From: Paecilomyces variotii
Taxonomy: Eukaryota
Strand: one strand, 5' to 3'
Assembly (NCBI GenBank): GCA_004022145.1
Contig: RCNU01000020.1
Length of the DNA: 64,000 nucleotides
The notes under the pieces are model-generated. The model did no database searches. It was not told where the DNA came from and saw nothing but the letters and a program-made list of their open reading frames with translations. This document shows positions 38,994 through 52,512 of the stretch, piece by piece (the first letter of the stretch is position 1; the number at the start of each line of letters is the position of its first letter). Position numbers and translations under genes: made by a program.

Positions 38994-39811
38994 TGAAGAA
39001 CTGCTGAATTTATAAATGGCATCACCAATGGTGGAACGTTACCATACGGGAACAATGGACAAGATTTCTCTTTAGGGTTCATTAGAGAAAGAATCAAATG
39101 TTCTCTTCTAATACTCATCCGAACGTTGACTGTATTCCCGCTGATTTGTATCATCCATAAGCGGACTGCTGATAATTATTGAGAAGCCATAAGTGATGCG
39201 ACACAAGTAGGAAGTCAGGATACCGAGTATGGCGATTCTATATGTAAAAGGGTAATAGCCCGTTCCTTGTTTTCATTGAGCTGCAGCAAGTTGAGAACAT
39301 AGTTTTAGCTAACAGTGTATTACTAGTTCAGCGATCCCAACATAACTAATAGCACAGTTCGAGTATATGATGTACAGGAGTTTAGGATCGGCCTTAACGT
39401 ATATGACACACTAACTAGCACTGAGCCAGATTGGAAGATACTCCAGTAAAGTGGCTACGCCCATTGCAGGTATATAATATTAAGAGACTATCTGCTTAAA
39501 ACCCCCGCGTACTATATGGGAGGGTTGGAGTTCCACTCTCAGGAAAACCATCCAGCGTAGGAACCTCGCACAAGAATGAGAACCCGGAGTCTGAGGAAGA
39601 ATGACCAAGGTAAATCCCATTCATAGGATATGAGGCGCGAGCAATGGGATTGGCCGTGGAGGCAGGTAATGTGTTCACCGAAAGGCGCTGCTAACAAGAC
39701 TTAATAAGAATGCTGGACTTAACTATAGCTACTTAAATCAGACGAACTGCATACATGACAGGAAGCCCAGTGATAACAAGACCAAGGAAGCAAAACATGT
39801 TAGTTAGATCG

Positions 39812-41187
39812 TCACGCCTTACGAGGCCGCACTGGCGCAGGATGTGGGGAAACTTCAATCTGAGCAGACACCTTCGTCAGAAAGACATCTGCTGCCGTGC
39901 TGTTGGAAGAATAGTGATCGCGAAAGATAAAATTCATTGGAAAGCCAACATCAAACGGAACCGCATTGTCAATTTCAGCCAGGTCCTCATCGGATAGGAC
40001 CACACTGAGGGCTTCGATATTGGCTTTGAGATGTTCAACCTTCCGCTGCCCGATAATGGGGAAAACGTTGGGAGTTTTATGCATCACATACGCAATCGCC
40101 TATTCAAGGATTAATTTTCATTTGGGACGTTGCATCAGCTGAGGCGACTCACGATAGCATGGATGCTAGTGTTCTTTCTCTTGCTGATTTTCTCCAGTGC
40201 TTCAGACACCTTGATGTCATTCTCACTCAGGGCTGAAGCCCTCGCACTTCCAGCATTATGCTCACTATTCCGTTGCTCAGCCGACTTAAATTTGCCTTGG
40301 CCTAGAGGTGCCCAGGGGGCGATAGCCATTCCTTGGTCACGGCACATAGGGATAATATCTCTCTCAAGATCTCTGAAACCAGCGTTCCATTTACCTTGAT
40401 AGACAGAGAACGGTCTTAAGCCATTAGATCGTGCGTAATCATTGGCCTTCACCACGATCCAGGCTGGAGTGTCCGAGACCCCGAGATACAGTACTTTGCC
40501 AGAAGTGATCAGGGCGTTAAGTCCATGCATGACCTCTTCGACGGATGTAGTAAAGTCCCACCAATGGACATATAGCAGGTCAATGTAATCAGTCTGAAGC
40601 TTCTGCAGACTGTGGTTGACCGAGATTCGCATGCTCTTCGTGGAATTACCCACGAAGTTGGACTGCAGAGGCTCCGTATCGAAATGTGATGTTCGAAATC
40701 CAGTCGTGTACTTGGTTGCGATACTGGCCAGCGGAAGGCGTTAATAACGTATATCGGAATGACAGTGGCAACAACATACACTAATTGATCTCGATTACCA
40801 CGTTTCTTGATCCATTCCCCCAGCCACATCTCGGACTCTTCCTGTTGATAGTTGTTTGCGCTGTGCAAGAACAGCATGTCAGATATGAAGTACGTACAGG
40901 TGTGATATTCACTTACGTGTCCAGAAAATTACCGCCCAATTCGTAGAAAGCGTCCAGCACTGCAAAGGACTGCTCCTTGTTACACTCGCCCATAAACTCC
41001 TTCCTGTGTAATGTCACTTATGTTAGCTTCGTTTGCCAATGACCCGCAGGACAGAGAATTACCAGGCCTCCCCAAAGTTCATCGTTCCAAGACATAGAGG
41101 CGATACTTTGATGCCAGCAGAGGGCGCCAGCACTCGGTGATAGCCTAGCAAACTTGCTGGCTTTGGCGCGAGGGAAAACACAGACAT
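39812..41187 (-). CDS. Aryl-alcohol dehydrogenase / norsolorinic acid reductase-like aldo-keto reductase, multi-exon
   Basis: MSVFSLAPKPASLLGYHRVLAPSAGIKVSPLCLGTMNFGEAW, LQTDYIDLLYVHWWD, YLGVSDTPAW, VFPIIGQRKVEHL. Appears intact. Confidence 0.9.
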
Positions 41188-41976
41188 CCTTCCAAAAGAA
41201 GTTTGTCGTAATCGGCACGGATAGAGTCTGACTTCAGGCTGGTTGGTTTAAGAAAGAACTGTCAAGTATCATGAAAAAAAGGCCATGTGACAGTTATTAT
41301 ATAAAGCAGCGCATCGGCCGGTGCCTGGGTCACTGGGAAATTACTGTTGATGAATGATTTGAGCTAGAACTTACGACGTCCGATTGTTATCAGAAATGTC
41401 TCAGATGTCTGTCATCCGAATAGCGATGGCTTCCCTCTCAGGATCTCGATTAAACCTCATTAGTAGAAAGATCGCACCATTACGTAGAGACGAGCCATGG
41501 GGAGAATCGAGCAATCCGCCTTTACTAGTGGGGACACCAGTCGAAACCGAAACAGACACATGTATCCTGATGACAGACTCTTTCTAGTAGTTGGTGGCGT
41601 CGGATTATCCTCCTTTTGCCAAGCCTAGCCATTGTTTCACACTTCATGTATCTAGAGGATTGATTGGCAGATACTGTGGCTATCTAGTAATTTAAGATGT
41701 AATGTCTGATAATACGGATTGAGGTCAGTGAAGATAATAATAAGTAAGTCCTGATCCACATTGTCATACCCGTGCATGGAGCTAAATTGGTTCCACCCCC
41801 AGCTAATCGCAGTCTATCTAGAATGAAATAGCTTCAACGGGGGAGAGATCTGCTTACGCGCTAAGGGTGGGGATGTGCTATTGAACTATCAACTACCATG
41901 CTGTCCGTTTTGGCAAATACCTAGTTAAGTTCGACAGTAACCACCCACTACTGTCAGGAGATAGTAATAGATAGGA

Positions 41977-42462
41977 TCAATGCCGATAGATAAGCTTCTT
42001 CGTACTGATGACCTTCCATCCCTTATTTAGCGCATTAATCACCTCTTGCGGGACCAGGCCTCCGTCGAGAGATCTGATAACGTTCCTATACCCATAGTCA
42101 GCATTGAAGTATGCTTAATTGCCAATACCCCCAGTACGTAGTCGACCTCCGTTCACTAATAATTCCTAAAAACTAGCCTTAGATAACTGAATGTTTGAAA
42201 GCAATTATTATAATCATAACGCTGATAGTTAATATTCCTTAAGCCTATAGTGGGGCCAATTTTGCTAACTACAAATACCCGTATATTATTATTGTGAGAA
42301 TACTGTCTAATTAATATAGAGATCCCAACTATAGTATTGCTGAAAGCAGAGTAAATGTAGTCCCATACATACTTTAATAAAGATCTGGCTTCGCCTAGTT
42401 ATCCGTTTTTATTACAGACATTGCATATTATCGCTGTCTCCCAGGATTGGTAATTGCTGATG
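41977..42462 (-). pseudogene. Second, more degraded AKR7-like relic (absent from the ORF track)
   Basis: [20 protein letters not shown] aligns with copy 1 ([21 protein letters not shown]). 21 identical bases at 42438-42458 and 37481-37501. The 3' end at 41974-42065 aligns with 37086-37177. Confidence 0.75.
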
Positions 42463-42707
42463 TACGCACTATCAGGGAGGTCTGGAGAATACACCAAATT
42501 ATAAACGAAGCATTTAACAGTATAAACCTGGTCAGATAGAAGTATCGGTGACGCAGCTTTCACAAACTGGGTTTGTAATGTTCATCTACTGTTTGTTCAT
42601 GGAAAACAATCTTGTGGGAAAGGTAGCGCTGGGGTAATGGAGAGATCCAAAAAGAGACAGCCTAAATAAACCACTCTTTTTTTTATCTGTACATATAACG
42701 CACGGCT

Positions 42708-43340
42708 TCATGGAGAATCGATATCAGTGCTGAGAGAGATATCCTTTACCTCCTCCAGATTCTGCCTGACTGCATCTAACTTAGCCAGGATCCGAGGAAA
42801 ACAATCGGACCCAAGCGGCAAGCGAAGTACATGTGTCTTTCCGTTTCCCAGACCAGTCCCCTGAATTACATCGAGGATTCGACTGACTGCCTTCACCGGA
42901 TCACCGGGTTGCTTGCCAGCGAAGGTATCCCAGGTAGCCATAGCAGCGGCCAGGGGTGTCCCTTCATAATCCCTAATCATACTAGCAGCAGGAAGCCTAT
43001 GAGACCCGAGGAAATCAGTCCGGAAAGCTCCTGGCTCAACCAGCAAGACTCGAATGGTGAACGGCTTAAGCTCGACGGAGAGGGATTCCGAAAGGGCTGT
43101 ATTCGTCGTTGTCAGAGTACACGCAACACAATAGAGATGAGAGTATTCCTGTACGTACCCTCAATGGCAAATTTCGACATAGAGTAAGCAGCAGACGAAG
43201 GCCCAGCAGTAAAGCCAGCAATGCTGCTTATGTTTACTATGGTACCGCTGTGCTTCGCTCTCATGTAAGGGAGGACAGCCTTGATAACGTTAACTGGGCC
43301 ATAGACGTCAGTGCGGAACTGAAGGTCCAATTCCTCTTCA
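42708..43340 (-). pseudogene. 5'-truncated short-chain dehydrogenase/reductase
   Basis: GTIVNISSIAG, YSMSK (YxxxK), LVEPGAFRTDF, QPGDPVKAV, LRLPLGSD. No TGxxxGxG exon was found upstream. Confidence 0.75.
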
Positions 43341-43615
43341 CTAGATCACTCATCAGCATTCAACGATAGCGGACAGTCCAAATGGGAACAAGGACAAATC
43401 CCGCGTTATTGAAATGCGTTTCCACCCAGCTTTCTATGCGCTCAAGGAGCTGCCCAGCACATTTTTCCTTGTCCTGCCCGAGAGTTGTGCCCTTGTATCG
43501 TTGGTGCGGAAAGACAGAGCTGGCGCGCAGAGAATATCTATCGTATAATAGCTCGGATAAGAATGTGATAACCTAGTGGGAATATAGGGGTTCAGGCGTT
43601 GGACGTGGGCCCCTT

Positions 43616-43790
43616 GAAGGGCGAATCCTTGCAATATCATCTATCTGGAAATGACTTGTCCCTGCAATTGGCGAAGCCGCGCGTGCTTTCAATATACCGC
43701 GTACGACCCTACGAGATCACGAATAATCACGCACCCACGGTTGTAAATTCATTGATTCTGAAGCGAATTCACTTCTATAATACTTTCGGG
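43616..43790 (+). mobile_element. Relic of pogo/Fot1-type transposase N-terminal HTH domain
   Basis: Translates as EGRILAISSIWK*LVPAIGEAARAFNIPRTTLRDHE*SRTHGCKFIDSEANSLL*Y, resembling the HTH-psq/CENP-B start of Fot1-like transposases. Contains in-frame stops. Confidence 0.6.
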
Positions 43791-43923
43791 GCAGCTCTCA
43801 ATATACTGTCGGAGCGCAGCTGATTCTCTACGAGTAACAAGGGCTGAGGCATAGGCAGATGCCAAGTGATCCAGCATCCGAGCTGCGAACGCATCACTCC
43901 TGATGAGTCCAATCAGAGATATA

Positions 43924-45196
43924 CTAATGTCCAACTAAGGCCTCATGTGCCGCGGAGTATCTGTTTCCAGATGGCTTGGCAGCATCGACAATTCTCCTCA
44001 TTTCATGTTTTTCCTCCTCCGTTAGGTCAATCTCTCTGGACGCCCAATTCTCCTCCAATCGCTTCACCTTAGTCGTGCCCGGAATGGCAATCATGCCCTG
44101 AGAGGCAACCCAGGCAAGTGCAATCTGAGCCGTTGTGCAGCCCTTCTGAGAAGCGAGTTTTTTGATCTGCTCCACGATCGCGCGATTCTTGTAGAAGTTC
44201 TCCCCCTGGAATTTAGGGACTATTCGTATTTATGTCAGCGACCATCCCATGTTAGATATGCTCAAATGCGGAGAGAACTTACCCGTCCGGCGGAAATCAT
44301 CGGGCGCAAAGTCATTCGGAGATTTGTAGTCGAAATTATCAACTAGCCACCCATGGCCCAATGGGCTATAGGCGACATAGGCCACATTCAATTCCTTTGC
44401 CGTCTGTATCAAACCGTCGCTCTCATGTAATGTCTCAAAAGCCGAGTATTCTGCTTGTACAGCATCGATTTTGGCAACTGTTAACAATGTCAGCAGAAGG
44501 GACAAGGAAAGGAAGAGATGTTCTTTACTGACTTGAATTGGCCTTACGCAACGTAGCAGCGGAGCATTCAGATAGGCCAATATACTTGGTTTTCCCTTCC
44601 TTGCGGATCTTGTCGAGAGTTGTAATAGATTCCTCGAGGGGGGTTTCTACAGAGAATCAGCACCCGCATCATAACATTTCTGGTACAATTATCTGACGCA
44701 CTAGGATCGATTCGGTGGAGATAATAGAGGTCAGGAGCAAAGCCAAGTCTCGCAATCGTTCCTTCGATGTACTGCTCGATGTGGGAAGCAGAATTGGTCA
44801 CATCCCCCTTTCCGAAGACATCAAAACCACACTTCGAGGCAACTAACAGCAAAATTTTGTCAATAAGGAAAACTTTTAGTAGTATAATAATAATGTGGTT
44901 GACCAACCAAATACTTTGTCGCGCACGCCGTGTTTCCTGATAAAGTCTCCCAGGAGTTTTTCATTCACTCCAGCTTGATACACAACCTTGGCAGACAGGG
45001 TCAGCAGTTTCCGCAGAATGGGCTGTCCTTGACTTACCGCTGTGTCCCAGAATGTGCATCCAAGCTCAATCGCTTTCAACAAAACAGGCTCAGCCTCCTC
45101 GTAAGATAGATTAGACCCCAAACCAAAGCTAAGACCCATGGCCCCGAAGCCTGGTGATGGAACCAGAATGTCGCCAAATGGGAGTTCCTTGACCAT
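43924..45196 (-). CDS. Aldo-keto reductase (YakC/AKR13-like), multi-exon
   Basis: [59 protein letters not shown]. Confidence 0.9.
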
Positions 45197-45799
45197 AATG
45201 ATGCCTGTCTGCGCGTTTGATGAGCTTTTGATGGGTCACGAACACTGGCTATATAGGTATGTATGTATGTAGGTACGTATGATGGTGGATGGATAAGTAG
45301 GTAGGTAGCGGGGGGTAATGAAGGACGGTTTAAATAAGTAGGTAAACAGTACCCGATTTGGCACTGGGTCATCGGATTTAAATCTTCATCATGTTAATAA
45401 GTCCGTGGCGGTGATAAGGCATCCGAGAACCACAAATAACGCTAGCTATTCTGATTTAGGAATAACCAATCTGCGACCGGATGACAGGTGGGCCATAAAT
45501 AATAATTGTTAGAGTCGAAGTATCATTTATGATAGCTGAAAAGGGATAGATAGTATGAAATATGAACCTTGGAAGTCTACCACTGCAAGATTACAGACCA
45601 TCCTAACCCTCGACAGTATTAGTCCCAATTCTTTTCCATCTCCTGGCCAATATTTTCAGACCCTTGCAACCAGATCATACCATTAGGTAGTATCGCGTAT
45701 AGACTCACAGCCGCTGCAGCAACGTCATCAATGATTGCCCATCATTACCGCCGGCTTGTTTCTACTTACCCAAAGGCCGCCCAGCCAAGAGCTAACTCG

Positions 45800-46087
45800 G
45801 TCGCGGACTGAATATAACAGCAAAAAGACCAAGGTAAACAGAGACGGGAGTGGAAAACTTATAGAAACCTTTTCTGCTGGGTACTCACAGGACCGTATGC
45901 CGGAAATACAGTCCCTGACCTGTCTGCCTACCTCAGTTGTTGCACCATTAACCAGATCCCGAATCATTTCACTTGACTGATAAGTTGGCTGTCTCCTGGA
46001 TATCTGACTAACGAGGTCCATTTCTGGAAAAGCGAATGCAGGTGGAATCAAAACACAAGCAATTAAGAAGAGTGTTATAGACCTCAT
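45800..46087 (-). pseudogene. N-terminal fragment of a secreted protein resembling ascomycete class II-type heme peroxidases
   Basis: Signal peptide MRSITLFLIACVLIPPAFAFP then MIRDLVNGATTEVGRQVRDCISG..SC and a GT donor. No catalytic domain follows. Confidence 0.4.
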
Positions 46088-46349
46088 TCTTAAATATAAG
46101 CAAATAACTTTCCGTTCTAACAAACTAAAAAAAAAGAAAAAAAAAAAAAAAAACGTATATTATAACACAGCTAAGATAGTAAAGACAACATCATAAGAGA
46201 AGCGGGCCACCTTGGGATTAAATACATAAGATTCCACGGAGTTATCGGCTTTTAAGAAACGAATTCAAGAAGCAATTTTCGTTGGTTATAAACAATATGT
46301 GCAATAAATACTAATAGGTTCCCAGTCCTAGGCTTTAGGAGAAATAAAG

Positions 46350-46722
46350 ATCTGCTTTCACAGAGAAGTAGCACCAATTACTAACAAGAATTTCTAATAT
46401 CTTGGCAACATCACTTGCATCGGAGGGCTCGACTCGGCAGGCTGTGTGAACCTCCTGTTGTTTGGCGTCCCAGATTGTAAAGTTGTCCGTGTTGCTATAG
46501 TGGAGTGCAGAACTGAATGCTTCCAAAAGCTCAGCGCACTGAATCCAGTAAGTAAGATATCTCATCATTATAAAACAAATAAAACACAGAGTAACATATT
46601 GCTTGTTGACAATTCAGGGATACTGTCCTGTTTAATCCGATATTATCTCTTGGATAGGAGGCGGCACCCACAGCTATATTGACTCCAGTGAGGAGGTATG
46701 CAAATAAAGCAGAAGCTCTCAT
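46350..46722 (-). pseudogene. Truncated secreted FAD-binding (BBE-like) oxidoreductase
   Basis: Signal peptide, CQQA/CAEL, WDAKQQEVHTACRVEPSDASDVAKILEIL...FSVK, breaking off just before the expected GGGH FAD-binding motif. The intron donor reads ATATGT instead of GTATGT. Confidence 0.75.
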
Positions 46723-47507
46723 GACTTCAACTAATCTCTAAAAATGATATACGTGAGGTGCCTAAACAACAGAGAACGAACTTAGTTCTTAACACTTTTT
46801 CTCAGGGGACGACGATGTGGATTTCGGAATACTTATGCATGTATGTATAGTACATCTAAAGTGATCATCAACTCGGCCATTACTGTGATCAACCAAAGAA
46901 AACTGAGCCTTCTTTTAAGCCAGTACAGCCTGTGCTATGTCTTCCAGGGACGTTATGGAATGCCAAGAGTATCTGTTGTCCCTGCGATTTGGCAGGTAAA
47001 CAGTGAGCTCAGGAAAGCTTGCAATCTACGCACATCCCATCTATCAAAAATAAGACCAATTGAATGATAAATAAACCTATTAATAATTCCCAAATAGTAA
47101 CTAGCGAGAGTTATAACAAATAGAAGTCTGGATATACTACATTTCCGCAAACAGCGGTAGTAATTTGGTAACATTTATGGATACTAAATCACTATTCCTA
47201 ATGCAAGTTAGCTCTATGCAGGAGTATAATAATGTGGGGTCATAGAGCTGTCTAACTTAGTTGACTAACTAGTTAGTTAACTATCCTGTATGATTGTTAC
47301 CGATCCTGAAAATAACCGGCCATCTTAAGGTGGCTGTATTTGAGGGAAGCTGGCGATTTCCTATTTCCCGCTCCATCCTATCTTTATTCCTCTGACCAAT
47401 CTCATTACTACCTGCCTGTCAGCTAGGTGCATGTTTAATAATTATCGGAGACCTTACCAACCAAACCCACAATCCCATCTATAACAAAACGTCTTTATCT
47501 CTCCGAA

Positions 47508-48557
47508 ATGAGCGGTCGCAGAACGGAGGGTTCCCGACTAGCTAAACGCTGCATCATTGTGCAGCCGTTCACCTAGCGCATCAGTGTCTGGCCAGATGAT
47601 GATTGGTCGGGAATTTCCGACCGATATCAGCGTAGAAGGCTTCAGAATCGGTTAAATCAAAGAGCAAGGCGTAAGTCTGGTGGGGGGGGGGGGGGGGGGG
47701 GGGGTTTCTTTGAGCTATGATATTTTTGCGCAACTACTAGTAAGCGGCTCACAATTCTAACGTATACAGGACTGCGAAACACAGAGATACTAGCATCTGC
47801 GGCATCAAGAAGAGGACAAGGACGCAATTCAGATTGTCCCGGTAACAGACAGCAAGATGATTCACCGGCGGACTTTGATCCTTCCGTCCAGAAAGATGAA
47901 AGGCCTTCCGGGATACGCACGATCAATGATGATATAACCCCCGCTATCTTTCTACAGCGGCTCGAAGGGGTACATATCCTAGATCCAGATTTGATAGCCA
48001 CCAAAGAGAAGATACAAAAATTGGAAATAATGGTGCATACCTATATGTCTGGCTCTCCGCGTCTTGATTTCCTGTTCCCGCTCGTCGAGCTCAATTTTAC
48101 TAGAGCCCTCGTGGAAAATATTGAGATCCTAGGCTTCACATCAGAGAATTTGCACGATGATGCCCTCTCGCCCTTTAGCACTGCTGGGCCATGGCCACAT
48201 AACTTTGCAGCTTCCGTCCCCGCAAGTCTTCATCCCACCGAAATCCAACGGACAGTACCGCACCATCCGTGGTTAGATCTGCTTCCGGTTCCACAGATGC
48301 GAGATAATCTCATTCTAGCCGGAGAGTCGTACGATGAAACAGCTGTGTGTCTCGATCTCAAAGGGCATGGGAGTTCGCGGACAGGAAGGACAGGCATCAT
48401 AGTCTGGAAGGATCCTTGGGATCCATCAGGTTGGGAGATCACGGAGTCGTTCGCTCGCACTTGGGGCTGGGTCATTTGGAATTGCCAGGACATCTTTCGC
48501 TCCACGAATCACTGGCGAGCTCAGCGGAACGAGAGGCCACTCTTTCGCACGAGATGA
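47508..48557 (+). pseudogene. bZIP-like / DUF3425 transcription factor with a premature stop in exon 1
   Basis: DDDWSGISDRYQRRRLQNRLNQRAR basic region, intron 47671-47769, SLHPTEIQRTVPHHPWLDLLPVPQMRDNLI, IVWKDPWDPSGWEITESF, STNHWRAQRNE. In-frame TAG at 47574-47576. Confidence 0.75.
47682..47704 (+). repeat. G23 homopolymer inside an intron
   Basis: Direct observation. Confidence 0.9.
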
Positions 48558-49895
48558 CCAAAGCCATCTCGTCTACCATGCGTTGCTGCGTTGCTTGAAT
48601 TGTACACTAGGAATCCATCCTTTCGTTATTATCCATCGAGGAGCATCCTCTTCCGCGATTAATTTGTAGAGTCTACAATGCAAATCTTCTTGGATTTGAC
48701 GAAACTACTAAGTGATTTTCATGAGGAAGGATAGTTTTCTTCGGTGAAGTATCGACAGAATCTGACAATACGGCCACAATACCCTATTTCCCGCTCTCAG
48801 CAGGCAGTTTTCGAAGTTCAGAACGAACAAGGGCATATATCAAATCCTACAGAGGCCCCTCCGGGATATCGAAGGATGATGTTTCATTGCGAAAATTTTC
48901 TTCTCTGCATGGCCGGTGTGTTCATGCTATGTGCCCAAGGGAGGAGTGTCGGTATGAAGAAGTTCGTCAAACCTAACCCAGCAGCTTGGATTTCACTGCC
49001 ATCTGGGAGGCAAAGGCAAGGCTGAACCTTGCCGGGCTCCTCCAACCATCAGAATCGGTTCGAGTCGTATACTAGTCACGTACTATCCTCATGTAACGAA
49101 GAATCGGGCAGAAAACGAATAGAAAATACAAATAAAAACAGCCAATAAAACCCCATAGAGTCCGGATAGATCACCTAACATAGGGCTCACTCTCGGGCCA
49201 TTCGTTTCTGCATGCTTTTGCAATAGTTCTGGATGCTGGGCTAGGAGCTCTAATTCTTTACGAGCTGATTCTCTTTTCTCTATACCATGGTCAAACACTA
49301 ACGAGTTGCACTATGAACAGTAGGCTCAACACTTTACTTACTCCAAGCTTGCTGATTGAGCCTATTCTGACGTCTATGTTGCTCAGCAGGAAACGTCTCA
49401 TTTTTAAGGAGGTGCCGGCCTGGCCGTAGCAGTAATAAAGAATCGTCACCTTGGACTTCACGCTGAGCTACACAACCTGCATGCCGGTAATACCATGAAC
49501 CACGCGGTAATGCAAGCCGCTGACACGGCCCCACTGCTCTAAGTAAGTACTGTAAGCTCCGCCAATCTTGTCGTTCTAGCGATCCAAATCAACAATTGCA
49601 AATGTCATGGAGAATTCAATAATATTGATATGAGATTTGCAAAGGGACTGTTTCGGCAGATGACGGTTGCTATGCTCCTGGAAACTATGATTCAAAAATC
49701 GGACTGAATACTCAGTGTGGTAAGATCTCGGCCGTTACGGCAAGTAGGTTCTGCATATCTGAGCACATATATAATAAAAAGCTCGGTCAGGTACAGGTGA
49801 CAATGAGCTTATGAATCGACCCTTGCATTTCAAGGCGTCTTTGGCTCCATTTCTTTCCATCTACGAAGCTGTCTGACGTCTTCGATCTCTTCGAT

Positions 49896-50075
49896 ATGAC
49901 CGCTTTAAACGAAACGATGCGAGCCGTTGTTTGGCAAGGACAACCATTCAATATTTCTGTCCTCGATGTGCCAAAGCCAATCATTATGAACCAGACCGAT
50001 GCAATCGTTCGGATGTCAAGAGCAGCCATCTGCGGGTCTGATTTGCACATTTATCGAGGCACAATGGAGGGACAG
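49896..50075 (+). pseudogene. N-terminal fragment of a Zn-dependent ADH, paralogous to 34652-35903
   Basis: TMRAVVWQGQPFNISVLDVPKPIIMNQTDAIVRMSRAAICGSDLHIYRG. Similarity ends before GHE. Confidence 0.8.
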
Positions 50076-50764
50076 GTTCTTCCAGTTGGCAGGAGCTGTA
50101 TGCCCGGTAGAGTATCGATGTATTCAAATATGGCTGTCAATAGGATCCTCGTCCCGCTCAGGCAATTGAGGGTGTCACAACTAGTTTACATAGATTATTT
50201 GATAGGGTGGTTTACTGTGAATAAATGACGGGATCAGAAATCGCGATGTTTGAAGTTTGTCCCTTTTTACATACCTAGTTATCTTTGCCCCGTCCCCTTT
50301 GGATAATATACTTTTAGCCAGCTGCTTTGCTTCCCCTTGCTTCCCTGGGTCTGCTGAGGGCTGCCTCGCCTTCCGGGCCACTTCTGGGCTGTTTCTGCTT
50401 TGCTTACAGTTGCTGGTCCACGGCACTGCCTTGATCTGGCGGCGGATTCGCCTGGATGCCTTAGGTATTACCCGGCACGTGGCCAGTTCAAGCAGCGACG
50501 CTGCCCAAGCAACACCAAGTAAACCGGTCGATATTCAGGGCATGAATAGATGTGGTACCTTCCCCAAACATTTATTTGTATCTCGCCTCTCACTAACCGT
50601 TATGATCCTAGACTTAGCTAGTTTTTATCATACCACGAATCAATCAACTAATCATCCACCTACCCCTCCACCTACATCTCTTTTGGCCTATCCTAGGTCT
50701 TGCCCATCAGTACCTAAGGTACCTCCTATCTTCTGAATAGTTGTTTTTCTGTCTGCAAACAAGA

Positions 50765-52091
50765 ATGGGCAAATCCAAAAGACCTCTATCGGGAGCGGCA
50801 CTTCAAGCTCCCAAGAGCAAGATCCAAAAGCAACAGCAGCATGCAGCTGAAGTTGAAGAAAAAACCCAGGCACAAGAGACACAAGCCGAGTCTTCTGGAA
50901 ATGTCCAAGTTGAACGTCCGCACGATCCAATCGAGATCGAAACGGAGGACATAATACCAAAGGCGAAATCACGAATCCAGGGTTATCAGAGGAATGACAG
51001 CAATGATCGAACAGATAAGCTGCTTGATGATATTCTTGATAATCTCCCCCTAGAGGGCCGAAAAGCATTCGCCAGCACGATTCTAGAAGCGCGGAACGAT
51101 GAAGGTCTGCGGGCATTGATAGAAAACTTCAAAACCAAGCTGTTAATACCACGTGAGTATTCACCTATATTGAGTGATTGGAAAATAAATTCATAGATAT
51201 TGTTATAGTGAAAGCCAAGGGGGGCACAACTCCAACTCCTTCCCAGATACCATCTTCATCCTCGTCTGAGAAAATGGAGCCAGAGGGATCACCAACAACG
51301 CTTCTGCCTTTAGCGATTACCAAATATGCGTCGAGAAGTGGTCAGCAAAAACTGAAGGACTACTGCTTAGCCCGTGATGGTTATAAGTGTGTTGTTTCTG
51401 GAGTATATGATCTAAACAGCGAAGATCAAACACCTCAAGATGCAGATACAGCTATCACAGAGTGCTCCCATATCATTCCGTTTTCTATGGCACCGTCATC
51501 AAAGGGAAAGAAGCCGGTAAATAAGAGATTTGGCCTTTCTAATATTGGGTCTATGCTAAGTCCAGTTAGATTGAATCGGTCTCAGCGACCTGGAGTATTA
51601 TGTATCAGTGTTTCCCAGCTCTCAAAAATGTATTGGATATGAATGATCCTTCTAGGACTAATGATCCAAGAAATGCCATGACCTTGTTACGTGATCTACA
51701 TGCTGCACTGGGATCATTCTCAATGGCCTTTGAAGAAACCGTAAGTTTAATTATTTCTACCAGACAGTTTCCTAATACTCATTCCGTATAGGAGAATGAA
51801 ACCGTCTACACACTGAAAACATATCGGTCATTCCCATCTGCTTTTAAAAGAGCGTTTCTACCGAAAGATGGAATAGTTCGCTTTAAGTCTCATGATGGTA
51901 ATCATATATCATTGCCTGATAATGCCATATTGGCGGCTCATGCAGCCATTGCTCGAATACTCCATCTGACAGGAATGGGCGAAGAAATTGACAAGATGCT
52001 GAGAGAATTCGACAAGCTCAGCTGTCTTGCTGAAGAAGGCATCCTGGATCTACCATGGGAAATCAGCAGATGGCTCTTTGAAGCATCATAA
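50765..52091 (+). CDS. Fungal HNH (HNH_2-type) endonuclease-domain protein, 4 exons
   Basis: Introns 51153-51208, 51517-51569 and 51741-51791 give an open frame: CLARDGYKCVVSG...ECSHIIPFS...NDPRNAMTLLRDLHAALG...LPDNAILAAHAAIARILHLTGMGEEIDK. Confidence 0.85.
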
Positions 52092-52512
52092 TGTATTGAT
52101 AGGAGTCTCATAGACAACGCTTACGGGGAGTAAAGGTTATGCAATATCGGAATGGATGGTTAGAGGGGCGGCGCCGGAAACGGTGCCAGGGAATAGGTAA
52201 TTTGAAAATGATGTCGTATTTTTAGAGGCCACTGTAAATCAAAAGGAAAGTTTCCATATGTCTCTAGCTATCTTTTTAATTAGAGATCCTCAACCAAAAT
52301 GCGCAAAACAGTTCCTACCCAATCCCCCTTTAAAATGGATGAGTCAGCACCAGGCAACGCTGAGCGTCATTATTGCTGTCCACACAAAGCCCACAGTCTC
52401 CGGTAAGAATTCTCTTGTACTTACATAAATTTACACTGGTGATCGTACTTGGTTCTTTATTGACAGCTGCTAGCCCACATGTTTTGTCACTAGACGTGGT
52501 GTTGAAGTAACC

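Noticed and set aside
49089-49298. 69-aa minus-strand ORF with a C-terminal hydrophobic segment
   Set aside because: May be the last exon of a lost gene, but the family could not be identified.
50181-50545. Possible secreted-protein relic divergent from the HNH gene
   Set aside because: Stop at codon 3 and no recognisable homology.
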